Below the pieces are notes generated by a model. That model worked only from the letters and a program-made list of their open reading frames with translations. It had not been told where the DNA came from and did no database searches. A stretch of 63,616 nucleotides of DNA, counting the filler, from Octopus bimaculoides (taxonomy: Eukaryota): the NCBI RefSeq assembly GCF_001194135.2. It is 8 parts of 8 records of this genome, joined end to end, with 100 filler letters (N's around TTAATTAATTAA, not from the genome) between each part and the next. Parts side by side here need not be neighbours in the genome. Positions count along the whole stretch, not along the records: positions 1 to 23,549 come from NC_068986.1; positions 23,650 to 33,450 come from NC_069006.1; 6 more parts are not named here. The stretch is one strand, 5' to 3'. The translations under genes and the position numbers were made by a program. Position 1 is the first letter of the stretch; each line of letters opens with the position of its first letter. Of the stretch, positions 12,450 through 24,040 are shown one piece after another.

Positions 12450-12975
12450 GACAATGCTCTTCTCAGTACATATGACGTACCAGTTAAGACAATCTTTTGC
12501 ACTTCCTGCATGGATGGTAAGCCAGAGATTATTCTTAAATAATCTTCAGCACCTTTTTTTAATCATTCCAAGTGCTCCTACAATCAGTGGTATTGTAACC
12601 ATCTTGAGGTGCCACATTTTATCGATTAGCAAATCTTTATGTTTTCTGCGCTTAACAAATTCTTTTACCGAGATATTATAGTCACAGGGTATGCTCATGT
12701 CAATCAATAAACAGACTTTAGCGTTTTGGTCTTTCACAACAAAATCTAGTATATTTGCTTTGATGGTGCGGTCTGTACATACTGGGAGGTCTCAAAGAAT
12801 AGTTATATTTTCTGCCTGAGGGTGGTGCTTGTAGCATTTGTCAGTAGTATTTGATTTCATAATGCCGATACATTATCCAATGTAGATATTGGCTGACTTT
12901 GTCATGTCTTGATTTGTACTCTGCAGGTGCTAAAACCTTACACCCAGAGATTAGCTGGTCCACTGTTTCAATCCC
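12450..12975 (-). mobile_element. R4/Dong-type (restriction-like endonuclease) non-LTR retrotransposon 3' fragment, lineage 1
   Basis: ETVDQLISGCKVLAPAEYKSRHDKVSQYLHW..TDRTIKANILDFVVKDQNAKVCLLIDMSIP..KMWHLKMVTIPLIVGALG..EVQKIVLTGTSYVLRRALSL*: RHD motif plus the PD..D endonuclease region. Confidence 0.85.
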
Positions 12976-13023
12976 ATCGGCACTTTGAGTATACGCTACT
13001 TTTCCTCACATTGGCTTGATAGT

Positions 13024-13079
<56 letters not shown>

Positions 13080-13084
13080 TTGCC

Positions 13085-13960
13085 TTTGCACAGCTTCTAA
13101 TGCTGGAGATGTACTACGGTGTCAACTGTTCACGACAAGTGAGCTGAGGTAACACTTCCGGAGTATTTGAGCGGTTCCAAGCAGTGCTGTTTTCTGCAAG
13201 TGCTCCACCCTTATTGCAGCCCTTATTTGTTCCATGTACTTCTCAATATTTTTACTCACTGTTCCCAGGTCTCCGACAATTATTGGTACTACTACCACCT
13301 TTGTCATCGACCACAACTGCTTAACCTCCCAAGTTAACTTGTCATATCTATCGACTTTTCTTTCTTCCTTCTCGCATATCTTATTGTCAGCTGGGCATAC
13401 TATATCTATGATCCAGCATAGTTTGTTTTCTTTTTCAATTAAGACTATGTGTGACTTCCTATTCTCTATCTCATGGTCGCACTGATCTTTCCATTATCAT
13501 TTTAGCTGACGCCTTCGGGTTTATGGTCGTACCAATTTTTTGCTCTGTCAAGTCCATACTTGTTGCAAAGTGTCCAATGGACAAGCCTTGCTATATTGTC
13601 GTGGCGTATATAATATTCCTTCTGGGCTAGTGGCGTACATTGAGTGGTAATATGCCATAGGGTTTCACCACTTTGTCCACAAATTCTGCACTTATCACTT
13701 TCTGATGTGTTGTCTATTCTATATCTTATGTAATTTGTTCTTAGTGCTTGCTCTTGGGTAGCACAGATTAGAGCCACCGTTTCCGGTTTTAAATCACTTT
13801 TAGTCATCCACAGCCATCTATTTTCTCTGTCTGTCTTATCTTCAACATCCCTATGAAATTGTGCATGCATTCTTTTCTTTACCCACCTATTTTCAGTTTG
13901 ATTCTTTTTCAATTACTTGTACAGTGCTTTATCATTGCAATCTTTCATCCTACACATTCC
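13085..13960 (-). mobile_element. R4/Dong-type non-LTR retrotransposon 3' fragment, lineage 2
   Basis: DLKPETVALICATQEQALRTNY..DKCRICGQSGETLWHITTQC (zinc knuckle)..RHDNIARLVHW..WYDHKPEGV, then MWSMTKVVVVPIIVGDLGTV..LQKTALLGTAQILRK. The 3' end abuts (TAG)n at 13021-13078. Confidence 0.9.
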
Positions 13961-15169
13961 TGACCTTCTTACAGTGGAAAACAGGTGAGTTTCAAAACAT
14001 TGATGTCCCTGTCACAAAAGCAAAGTTAGAAGGGAATATTAGTCATCTCCTTTGATTTCTAGATAGAAGCAAATAGGAAATAACAATTACTGACCAAAGA
14101 CAAAAAATAAAATGAAATTAAATAAAAATTAATCTATTGTTCATTATTTACATAACGTTGAATAGTCAAACAAAATACGTGCTAAATAAGAAACGCTCGT
14201 TTTCTCTGTTAGCCCAATCCGATGTAAAAATTGTAACTTGATGTTTTAGATGTTATCGTATTTTTACAGTTATTTGTTAAAGCTGATCTATGACAACGTA
14301 GCATGTATTTGTATATGTGTGTTTATACGTGCGGTGTTAACAAAATTCGCTTCCTAATCATGAAATCCCAAGTTCGATCTGATTGCTTGGCATCTTGGGT
14401 AGAGGTCTTTTCTTATTATTTCGAATCAACCCAAGTCCTGTGAGGGGAAATATGTCGACGGAAACTGTATAGAAGGCCCATAGGATGGAGTGCTTTCATA
14501 ATTCAAACGTACAGTCTTGCCACACACAGTCATAGTGATTCTGTCTGAGAATTATGTTACGGGTACTGTGTATCAGTGGGATACTCAGCCACCTGCATTA
14601 TAATTTAATGATCAGATGAATTAGCTGCTCAAACAAAATGCTCATTGCTAAAACAGATGGAGACCCATTTACATTTTTTATGCGCATGTGCAAGGGTGTG
14701 CTGTCGTACGTCTGTGTTGTGATTGAGTGTATTGTCTGCATATCGATATGTATGCGTATATATTTACGTTGTCTTCAAGAATATGTGCTTAGGTAAATGA
14801 AAAAGATGTTCTGTGAAAAGCTCGTGGAATTACAGATAAGTTGTGTATTATTTAATATGTTGGGGAAGACCATATCATACTAACATACCTTTTAAACTTA
14901 AAATATGTTGAAAGATCCATTAAGCTAGATATTGCAAATCACAAATTTATGAAGGATGTGTCAGTTTAATTATTTGTTAACAGAGAAACATAATAAATAA
15001 AATATGAATACATTTAAATATCAATAAATCGAAATTATTGGAATACTGTAAGATATAACCAAAGTTATTCAACGTCAAGACAACATTACCGCACCTTACC
15101 ATTCAGGAGAAACTAGAACACTCAAAATTGTTCCCACTTGTGGTCTCATTGTAACCGAAAGGCGGCTAT

Positions 15170-15380
15170 CTGGCAGAGAGCTGTTTGCACGCGGGATAAA
15201 ATGCTTAAAGGTATTTCGTCCGTCTTAACGCTTTGAGCTCAAATTTCGCCGAAGACCACTTTGCCTTTCATCCTTTCTGGACCGATAAAGTAAGTACCAG
15301 TCTAGTACTGGGGTCGATGTAATCAACTTACCCACGATTATCAAAATCTACTGGCCCTGGGATAAAATCTGAAACCCTTA
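15170..15380 (+). mobile_element. SINE family B
   Basis: GGCGG..CTGGCAGA head, GAGCTCAAATTTCGCCGAAG, CTTTGCCTTTCATCCTTT..AGTACCAGT..GGGGTCGATGTAATC core. Confidence 0.75.
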
Positions 15381-15861
15381 TAACTGAAAGCCCATCTTTA
15401 CTGTAGCTTGGAGTATACAAACGATTGGCCTTTATTTTCTGGGGTCATAATATACTTCAATTTCCAACAATCTCAGATGAGGTCACATTTGAGTCAGTGC
15501 TACTTTAGCACGCACGCACGCACGCACGCGCGCACACATACACGCACACGCACGCATACACACACACACACATTCTAGACTCTGGCTTAAAATCAATCAC
15601 AGACATAATCCATTCTCTGAACGACAGTTGAGTTGTCTTCTCCTTCTACCTCTTCTACTGATACTATAAAGGCTTCTTCTCATCGAAGCTAGCTGGGCAT
15701 GTCACTTCCACTCAAGAATTCCGAACTCACTCTTCTCTCCTTTCATCATAACCTTTGTTATGTCCAAATTCCCAGACCTGAACATATCACTAAGCCCATT
15801 TCTTATATCCCAGAATGTCGGAATTTCCTTTCAACAAGTGTCGTTCCTGAAGTTGTTTGAG

Positions 15862-16133
15862 CTAAAGAAAAAAGACAAAAAAAAAACAAAAAGGTAAAAT
15901 TATCTTCTCGAGCCATGTCGACTCACAAGGGCAGGTTCCCGGTTTCATGGCGTATAGATTTCCCACTTGGACAGGACGCCGGTCCGTCGCAGAATTACTC
16001 ATTTTTACCAATTGAGGGGATTGGAGCAACGTGAAATGAAGTGTTTTGTTCAAGAACACAACGCGTCACCCGGTTCAGGAATCGAAATCCCTATCTTACT
16101 ATCATGGGCCACACTAAGCCACGCGCCTCCTCG
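15862..16133 (-). mobile_element. tRNA-derived SINE (family D) with 10-bp target-site duplication
   Basis: Head GAGGAGGCGCGTGGCTTAGTG..GATTTCGATTCCTGAACCGGG on the minus strand; flanked by GTTGTTTGAG at 15852-15861 and 16134-16143. Confidence 0.75.
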
Positions 16134-17596
16134 GTTGTTTGAGTTACAAAGGTTCAAGAAAAACATTAAGGATATCATTCTCACCGGATTAGGAAAACCT
16201 GTGAAGGCCATGAGTACTTCTCCATCCTCAAGTCCTAACAAGTAAAAACTTATTTTTCTACAGAGATATTAATAAAGCTAACAGCATTTACTTCAGACCG
16301 TAGTCTCTACTAAGAGAGCATTCTCTTATATAACGCCACTAATAACATCTAATACTATCAAACATGTCGTTTAGAATAATGTATAGTATTACACATGCTT
16401 CTGGTGAAGTTCGTAACAATTTTCATCAGATTGAATGTACCAGCATTAATAGAAACCTCTTGAAAATGATCGCAAGCGTGGTCAAAAACACGAACTCCTA
16501 TGATATAACAAGCAATTATTTTCCTTTTCCCCGAAACAAAATGCAAAATTATTCGTAAATAGGAAAACCTGAATAAAGAATTTGTTTAAGAGATTCGTCA
16601 GCCACGAAATTAACAAGGTATGCATCCAGAAGTGTAGTATCCAATAGCGTTATAAACGAATGTATAAATGCATTATGCTAGCTTATCTTTGTGTATTTAT
16701 AAGTGCGTGTATATATATATATATATATNNNNNNNNNNNNNNNNNNNNNNNNNNNNNNNNNNNNNNNNNNNNNNNNNNNNNNNNNNNNNNNNNNNNNNNN
16801 NNNNNNNNNNNNNNNNNNNNNNNNNNNNNNNNNNNNNNNNNNNNNNNNNNNNNNNNNNNNNNNNNNNNNNNNNNNNNNNNNNNNNNNNNNNNNNNNNNNN
16901 NNNNNNNNNNNNNNNNNNNNNNNNNNNNNNNNNNNNNNNNNNNNNNNNNNNNNNNNNNNNNNNNNNNNNNNNNNNNNNNNNNNNNNNNNNNNNNNNNNNN
17001 NNNNNNATATATATACATACATACATACATACATGCATACATACATACATACATACATACATACATACATACATACATACATACATACGTGCGTCCACAG
17101 ACACACGAGCACACACACATACACACACGCGCACACATGTACAATCATTTATGCGCATTTTTACAGATTCAGCGGACTGATCGAATAATGGATAAATCCG
17201 TCTGCCTGCTTCTAATTGACATGAGTTTATATTAATTGTGAATTATATGTATGTATGTATATTGTATGTATATGGAAAAAAAAGGCCCTGTTAGAGTAAC
17301 AGTAAGAGTCTGCTAAATGTAAACTATATTAACCCTGTTAAATGTTTCAACAACGGACAACAATCTACACGCAATATGTTTAATGTGTTACATAAAACAC
17401 TTGTTGAGACAGATAAATGTTCGGACATCCTGTCTATGATAATCTTGATGAAATTTGTATGGTAGAAATTACTTCCACTACTTTCTATATTATTATGTAG
17501 CGTTTTAGCGTTTGCCAACCAAATTTGTTTTGCTTTATAAATTTTCAGACATCTTGTCTCACGGAAAATGTTTAAAATGAAAAACAAATTGCATTC

Positions 17597-17631
<35 letters not shown>

Positions 17632-18331
17632 ACACACACACACACACACACACATATTGTTGTTGTTGTTGCCGCCGTTATAAATTATAAGTCATTTAAA
17701 TATTGATATTGCAATGTCTATCGATCTGGTTTTCTAGACGTCTAAGTACAAAGCCAAATGGCTACATCTACATTTTAGTTAGTTTATTATTTAAAATACT
17801 TCTACATATTAGACTGTCTCTTTAGTAATCTATCCTTGTATCTTTACATATCCATCTATATACTAAATGGCTGAATAAATTCAATTTGATATCCAGTTCT
17901 TGTCCGACAGTAGGTACTACTTCATACGAGACACATAAAAGTAGTTTAAACACTAGTTTGAATTTTTGTGGGTTTAATTAATGTATATGTGGTTTCGAAC
18001 TGACATTGCTGAGATGATGTCCACAAAATGATTGTCACATTGGGATGTTGAGCATGTTTGGTTTATTTATTTCTTCCAAGCCAAGTTGTGATTGCCAGTT
18101 CTGCAGAACTTTCACAGAACTTCTACAGGCTGTGCCATTCAATAGTTCCATATAAGGTCTGATTGACTATTTCATTTACCGGTATGTCGTTCAAGTTTGA
18201 CTCTCCAGAATGATGGAATATACGAAACAATGTATTCTGTGTGATTAATTTCACTGGCTTAATTTGATGTAAACCAAGTTTGGTATAACTCTTTCAAGTC
18301 GAATACGGTTTGTTTCAAATTGAGTAGGACA

Positions 18332-18898
18332 TGTACCAAACGAGTACCACATGTACAAAGTTGATTAAGAGATATTCAAAATTGAGTGTGGCATGTATGA
18401 AATTGGATACATGTAGCAATTTGAATATAGCGTGTAGTACATTGTGTGTGACGTACTAATTTGAAATGCTTTCTTCTGAGTAAGACATGTATTAAGTCGA
18501 GTAAAATCTGTATAAAGTTGAATGCAACATATTGTAATTTCAGTAAAACGCACCAAATAGAATAGGACACATGCCTAGTATAGTATGACGCGTACAAAAT
18601 ACAGTAGGACATTTATCAGGTACATTGCGGTATGTACCAAATACAATACAGTTCGTACCACTCACAATGTAAAATGTACAAAAAATACAGTGTGACATGT
18701 GGTAAATACAATAGGACATGTACCAAGTATTTCATAGTATGTACCATGCATAGTAAGAGATGTACCGAGTACAGCATATGTAGTAAGAATTGTAGGAGAT
18801 GCATCAACTTCTGCAAAATATGCACCATGTATAACAAGAGCTGTACCAAGTACAACTCAATATGTACCAACTATAGTACCTTACAATTGTCGACTTAG
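18332..18898 (+). repeat. Degenerate 21-nt tandem repeat (TGTACCAARTAYAAY-like); 3' part is an open 88-codon frame with Cys about every 7 residues
   Basis: About 25 recognisable units; ORF 18632-18898 reads CGKYNRT CTKYFIV CTMHSKR CTEYSI CSKNCRR CINFCKI CTMYNKS CTKYNSI CTNY. Confidence 0.8.
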
Positions 18899-19047
18899 AA
18901 ACTATGTCCAATTGAAAGTGTACCAATCGTATTCAATTTTACTGATGCGTTCGTCAGAATATAAAATCGGACTAGGCATGTGTATAAGGTAATTTCGTGA
19001 TTTTGTATGTTTGTATGTGAACGCATGTGTATGTATATGTGTGTATA

Positions 19048-19251
19048 TACGAGGAGGTACTGAAAAGTTCCTGGCTTTAAGGGTATCACGAAAGGTCTAG
19101 CTGGAGGCCCAACCGTCCGAGTTCTTTTAGGGGCATTAGAAAAACTGAAGGACTGCTGCAATAAGTGTGTGAATCTGAGAGGGAGATATGTCGAATAAAA
19201 CCATAATTAACTGACCCAAAGTCAGGAACTTTTCAGCCCCATCCTCGTGTA
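19048..19251 (+). mobile_element. Mariner-derived MITE
   Basis: TA-flanked TIRs TACGAGGAGGTACTGAAAAGTTCCTGGCTTT / AAAGTCAGGAACTTTTCAGCCCCATCCTCG; the interior keeps the mariner C-terminal KLKDCCNKCVNLRGRYVE*. Confidence 0.85.
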
Positions 19252-19305
19252 TGCATACATACATACAGCATACATACGTACACACATACATATATACATA
19301 CATAG

Positions 19306-19387
<82 letters not shown>

Positions 19388-20479
19388 ATATATATGGGCT
19401 ATTATATATGGATTTATGTGGAATTGTAGACACAATATAGCCGAAGTGTTTAGAAGTTTTTTTTTTTCACAACCATGAGATCCTGGGTTCGATTCTATGA
19501 AGTGGCATATTGGGCAAGCGTCATTTTCTATAAGTCGAGGGTCGGGTGAAATTCAGTGGACGCAAACTCTATGAAAACTCGTTAGATGGGTTGTGCAGCC
19601 AAGTCAGACACTGTATCCCGTTGGTTGTGCATGAGAATTGTACCAAGGGTGCATCTAACTGTGGAAAGATCGGCCACTCACACTATAATTGAATGAACTT
19701 GGTAATTCAGTTCATCGAGCTACTAAACGTTCATCGTCGAAACCGACTGAGAACCATCCAACCATTTGTGTTTGTTAAAGTAAGTTTAAGATTATGATAT
19801 TTGTATAATTAATAGAAACGTCAAACCTAAGTTTCACTAATCTGAAATAATCCGATATCTGATGTTAAATACAAGACGACTGTTCAACAAGAATTTTTGA
19901 AATTCTCACACGTTCTGCAGAGTAATTATTGTTCGTTACCGTTATTGTAGTTGTTGTTGCTGCTGCTGCTGCTGCGGCTGCTGTTGTTGTTAATACTGTT
20001 GTTGCCGTTGTAGTTTTTCCCGGTTTGATGTACTCAGAATTACTAAAAGAAATCAGTAGCACATTTTATCATGAAAATAAAACACACTGCCTATTCCTAC
20101 CATGTTTATATATCTTTAAAAAAATGTTGTAACTAGATACCAAATGGAAGCCGATTTTTAACATTCAGTGAATTCAGTGAAATTGGACTAATCATATATG
20201 AATGGCATGTACTTTTAGATACCAGAAGTATATAAGCTCGTATAATTAAATTGCATCATTTCAAAAACCAACAGTTGCGGACAGTAGAAATCCAATTTCA
20301 TCGTCCGTCAAACAGCAAATATAATGATGCCTTAAGGTATAGGCACACTGTGCTTACCCGGAGGACACACGGGTCTGACAGGGGGGGTGCAGTGCTGTTT
20401 ATGCTGTGCTTGTGTATGTAGGGCGCATCCATTGCTTTGCCTAGGGGCTTGTAATTCTGTTAAGATAGACCTTATCAGA

Positions 20480-20692
20480 TATGTAAATTTTGGCACAAGG
20501 CCAACAATTTCGAGAATGTGGGCAAGTCGATTACACCAACCCCAATGTTCAACTAATCCTTAATTCATTGATCCCGAAAAAATGAAAGGTTAAGTCGATC
20601 TCGGTTGAATTTGAACTTAGAACGTACAGCGGGACGAACTGCCGCGAAGTATTTTGCCCGGCGTGCTAAAAAGTCTGCCAGCTCGTTACCTT
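20480..20692 (-). mobile_element. SINE family B
   Basis: Reverse complement of head AAGGTAACGAGCTGGCAGA..AGCACGCCGGGCAAAATAC..GTTCAAATTC and the core. Confidence 0.75.
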
Positions 20693-21039
20693 AGAGATGT
20701 TTACATATTAATCTGCTTTCTGAAAACGTACACTTTTTAATGATTAAATGCAAACAAATATTCACTAATGAAATTAATGAATTTAATTAAATAGTGAAAG
20801 TTATAGATCTTATACACTCTTCAAATAATTGTCTGTGCACTGACTGGGTCGATTAAACTCAGTGTCGCCTCTATCAACATCAAATTAACGAAGAGATCAC
20901 GCGATAAAATCCATTTCAAATTGAAACACGTGAGACTGGAACAAACTGCGCTTGTGTTAAAATACTTTCCGTCCTTAAAAAGCAATTAGATTAGGCATAA
21001 CCGCATTCATGTGACGAGTGAATTTCAATAAAGACACCT

Positions 21040-21420
21040 GTTGGCACTCCGTCGCTTACGACGACGAGGGTTCCAGTTGATCCGATCAACGAAACAGCCT
21101 ACTCGTGAAATTAACGTGCAATTGGCTGAGCACTCCACAGACACGTGTACCCTTAACGTAGTTCTCGGGGATATTCAGCGTGACACAGTGTAACAAGGCT
21201 GACCCTTTGAATTACAGGCACAACAGAAACAGGAAGTAAGAGTGAGAGAAAGTTGTGGTGAAAGAGTGCAGTAGGGTTCGCCACCATCCCCTGCCGGAGC
21301 CTCGTGAATCTTTAGGTGTTTTCGCTCAATAAACACTCACAACGCCCGGTCTGGGAATCGAAACCGCGATCCTATGACCGCGAGTCCGCTGCCCTAACCA
21401 CTGGGCCATTGCGCCTCCAC
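21040..21420 (-). mobile_element. Full-length young tRNA-derived SINE family C with perfect 12-bp TSD
   Basis: Minus-strand head GTGGAGGCGCAATGGCCCAGTGGTTAGGGCAGCGGACTCGCGGTCATAGGATCGCGGTTTCGATTCCCAGACC with A/B boxes; ATAAAGACACCT at 21028-21039 and 21421-21432. Confidence 0.92.
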
Positions 21421-21814
21421 ATAAAGACACCTATACAGGGTGAATTACAATGAGTCATCGACAAAAGACCGTAAGTTCGAGTCAGTCACTCTGGTTGCTC
21501 AGACGTGTCTCCTTTATTGGCGGCGTGCTCCAGTAATCCAGCTGCTAAGAGGCTTAGTTGGTAGGCTGGCTTGCAGATGGGAGTCCTGGTAGTCGAACTT
21601 CTATAGCGATCGGAGTGTCCACGCTAAGCCCAACATCAATATGGTGCTGGTGAGGGAGCTCATTAGGACCCGGTTTTCTAACAAGGGTCCATTCGGCCCA
21701 GGGTGGAAACGCAGTAAACGAAAGAATCGGTGTCGAGCAGTAGTGGGAACACACTTGTGAATAATCATCGGTTGGCAACCTGTTCAATACAACTAAACAC
21801 CAATCTCTCTTCAT

Positions 21815-22020
21815 AGACGCAGATGCGGCTGTGTGGTAAGAAGTTTGCTTCCCGATCGGCGGCGGACGGCCGGAGCCGAACCGCCGGCACCGCGATGGAA
21901 AGGCCGACGTGTCGTCTGCCAGCGTAGCATCTTGGGCAGGGGTCTTCAACTGTTGTGTCAGGGCGAGCAAAGGCTTGTGAATGGATTTGGTAGACGGAAA
22001 CTGAATGAAACTTGTATATA
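21815..22020 (+). mobile_element. SINE family A head with a GC-rich insert
   Basis: GGCTGTGTGGTAAGAAGTTTGCTTCCC..CATCTTGGGCAGG..GGATTTGGTAGACGGAAACTGA; 21854-21915 replaces the B-box region. Confidence 0.7.
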
Positions 22021-22563
22021 TATATTGGCGATTTTTTTCCTCAGTCATCCTTTTCTCTTGGATTTTCCAGTCTCCTGTTTCTGAANNNNNNNNNNNNNNN
22101 NNNNNNNNNNNNNNNNNNNNNNNNNNNNNNNNNNNNNNNNNNNNNNNNNNNNNNNNNNNNNNNNNNNNNNNNNNNNNNNNNNNNNNNNNNNNNNNNNNNN
22201 NNNNNNNNNNNNNNNNNNNNNNNNNNNNNNNNNNNNNNNNNNNNNNNNNNNNNNNTGATTGTGTGGTGGAACCTTGGACAAGTGTCTTCTACTATACATA
22301 CATACATACATACATGTATGTATGTATGCATGTATGTATGTATGTATATAAATATATATGTATGTATGTATATATATATTGGCGATTTTTTTCCTCAGTC
22401 ATCCTTTTCTCTTGGATTTTCCAGTCTCCTGTTTCTGAAGAAGAGCTTTGCTCAAAACGCAAAACCACCTTTCTTTCCTTCCTTGAGCTTCTGCTAATAC
22501 TTTATATGTACCACGTCCTCACATTATTTTTTTTTCTTGCTTTTGTTCTTCGTTTTTTTTATT

Positions 22564-22604
<41 letters not shown>

Positions 22605-23549
22605 CGTCGTTGTAAATTAGCGGTTCAGCAAAAATGACCGATCAAATAAGTTACTAGACTTAAAAAATATGTGCTAGAATCGATTCGCTCGATCAAAATT
22701 CTTCAAGGTGGTGCCCCAACATGGCTGCACTCTAATGACTGAAACAAGTATAAGATAAAAAAATACAAGATAAGCAAGGGAGCACTAATAGCCAATCTAG
22801 TTTATTTCTTTATTCAAAGTAGATCATGGGGGAAAATAATAAAAATGAGAAAAACTTAATGAAGAATCTGGCTTTATATGGACTTTGGGCAGAAAGCTTT
22901 TAATAAAATCATATGACTGCATCTCATACCGTACGCTATCGCTATTGCAAGAAGTATAGCAAAGCGTTATTCGCTCTCATACGCAGACAGGCACATATAT
23001 GCGCCCGCACACATACATACACACGTGTGTGCGTGTGTGTGTGTGTATGTGCGTGTTTGTGTGTGTGAGTGTGTGTATGCGTACGTCTGTGTGTGTATGT
23101 GTGCACATATACATACATATTTGGTTTGTATGGTTTATTGATCACAGCATATAAACTCTTTAGAATTCCGTGCGTTCGGTTATATTTCAAAGGATCCGTT
23201 TATGAGTAGCAGATTCGTTAATATTCCTTGTTTCTTTCTATCGTTCCAGTATCGTGAACACAGAGTACGAACATAAGGCAAGTGCGGATACAGCTATTTG
23301 CGTTTATTCTTAGGTCCTCAGTGTGAATCATTAACAATTATCTCTGTTATATAAGGAAGAACCTTATAAACAGAAAATGTAAATATTTGTTTCCACATAT
23401 AGGCGCAGGCTGGCTGTGTGCTGAGAAGTTTGCTTCTCAATCACATCGTTCCGGGTTCAGACTCACTGCGTGGCACCTTGGGCAAGTGTCTTCTATTATA
23501 GCCTCGGGCCCTGAAAGAAGCCGTAGTATATATATATATATATATATAT

Positions 23550-23649
23550 NNNNNNNNNNNNNNNNNNNNNNNNNNNNNNNNNNNNNNNNNNNNTTAATTA
23601 ATTAANNNNNNNNNNNNNNNNNNNNNNNNNNNNNNNNNNNNNNNNNNNN
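23550..23649. other. Synthetic 100-bp contig linker (44N + TTAATTAATTAA + 44N); repeated at 33451, 38388, 50088, 52346, 57862 and 61372
   Basis: Seven identical constructs; TTAATTAATTAA gives stops in all six frames. Confidence 0.92.
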
Positions 23650-23789
23650 ACACACACACACACACACACAAGCACAAGCCGGTGGAATGTCTAAAAAGTA
23701 ACAGTAAAGAGGTTTCCATTATTTCCGTCCATATTTCGACTACATTTATATTCTAATGATAAACGAAGACGACTGGAACCTCACATTAT

Positions 23790-24040
23790 TGTTGTTGTTG
23801 TTGTTATTATTCAAAGCCATCGTGTCTTGTTTAGGGAAGAGCATTTATTGGCATCTGCTGTCGAGTAGAGTGGTCGCCATCTTAGGATGTAGCGAAGTGA
23901 GTCCTTCTCCCATTTCCCTAAGCCATCTTTCTCGTCGTTCGCCCCTACCACTCACTTCCCGATCTCTCTTTATCGTTTCTGAGTTTCGACTATCTTCCAT
24001 TGCTCCTTGCAGCATTTCCATGTCCTGTAGCATTGGTTCT
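23790..24040 (-). mobile_element. RTE-like LINE 3' fragment
   Basis: MEDSRNSETI..EVSGRGERRERWLREM resembles RTE C-terminal MED.R.PK....G.R.RGRP..RW.D; followed by an (AAT/AAC)n tail. Confidence 0.5.

Noticed and set aside
17324-17587. 87-aa minus-strand ORF and neighbouring broken frames to 18330
   Set aside because: No recognisable motif or convincing splice pair; could be a decayed TE but unsupported.
21040-21420. tRNA gene at the SINE heads (also families A, B, D)
   Set aside because: A/B boxes present but they continue into SINE bodies without an acceptor stem or terminator; SINEs, not tRNA genes.
21554-22084. 164-aa and 83-aa ORFs
   Set aside because: Run through a SINE head, the GC-rich insert and an unclassified repeat; no domain signature.
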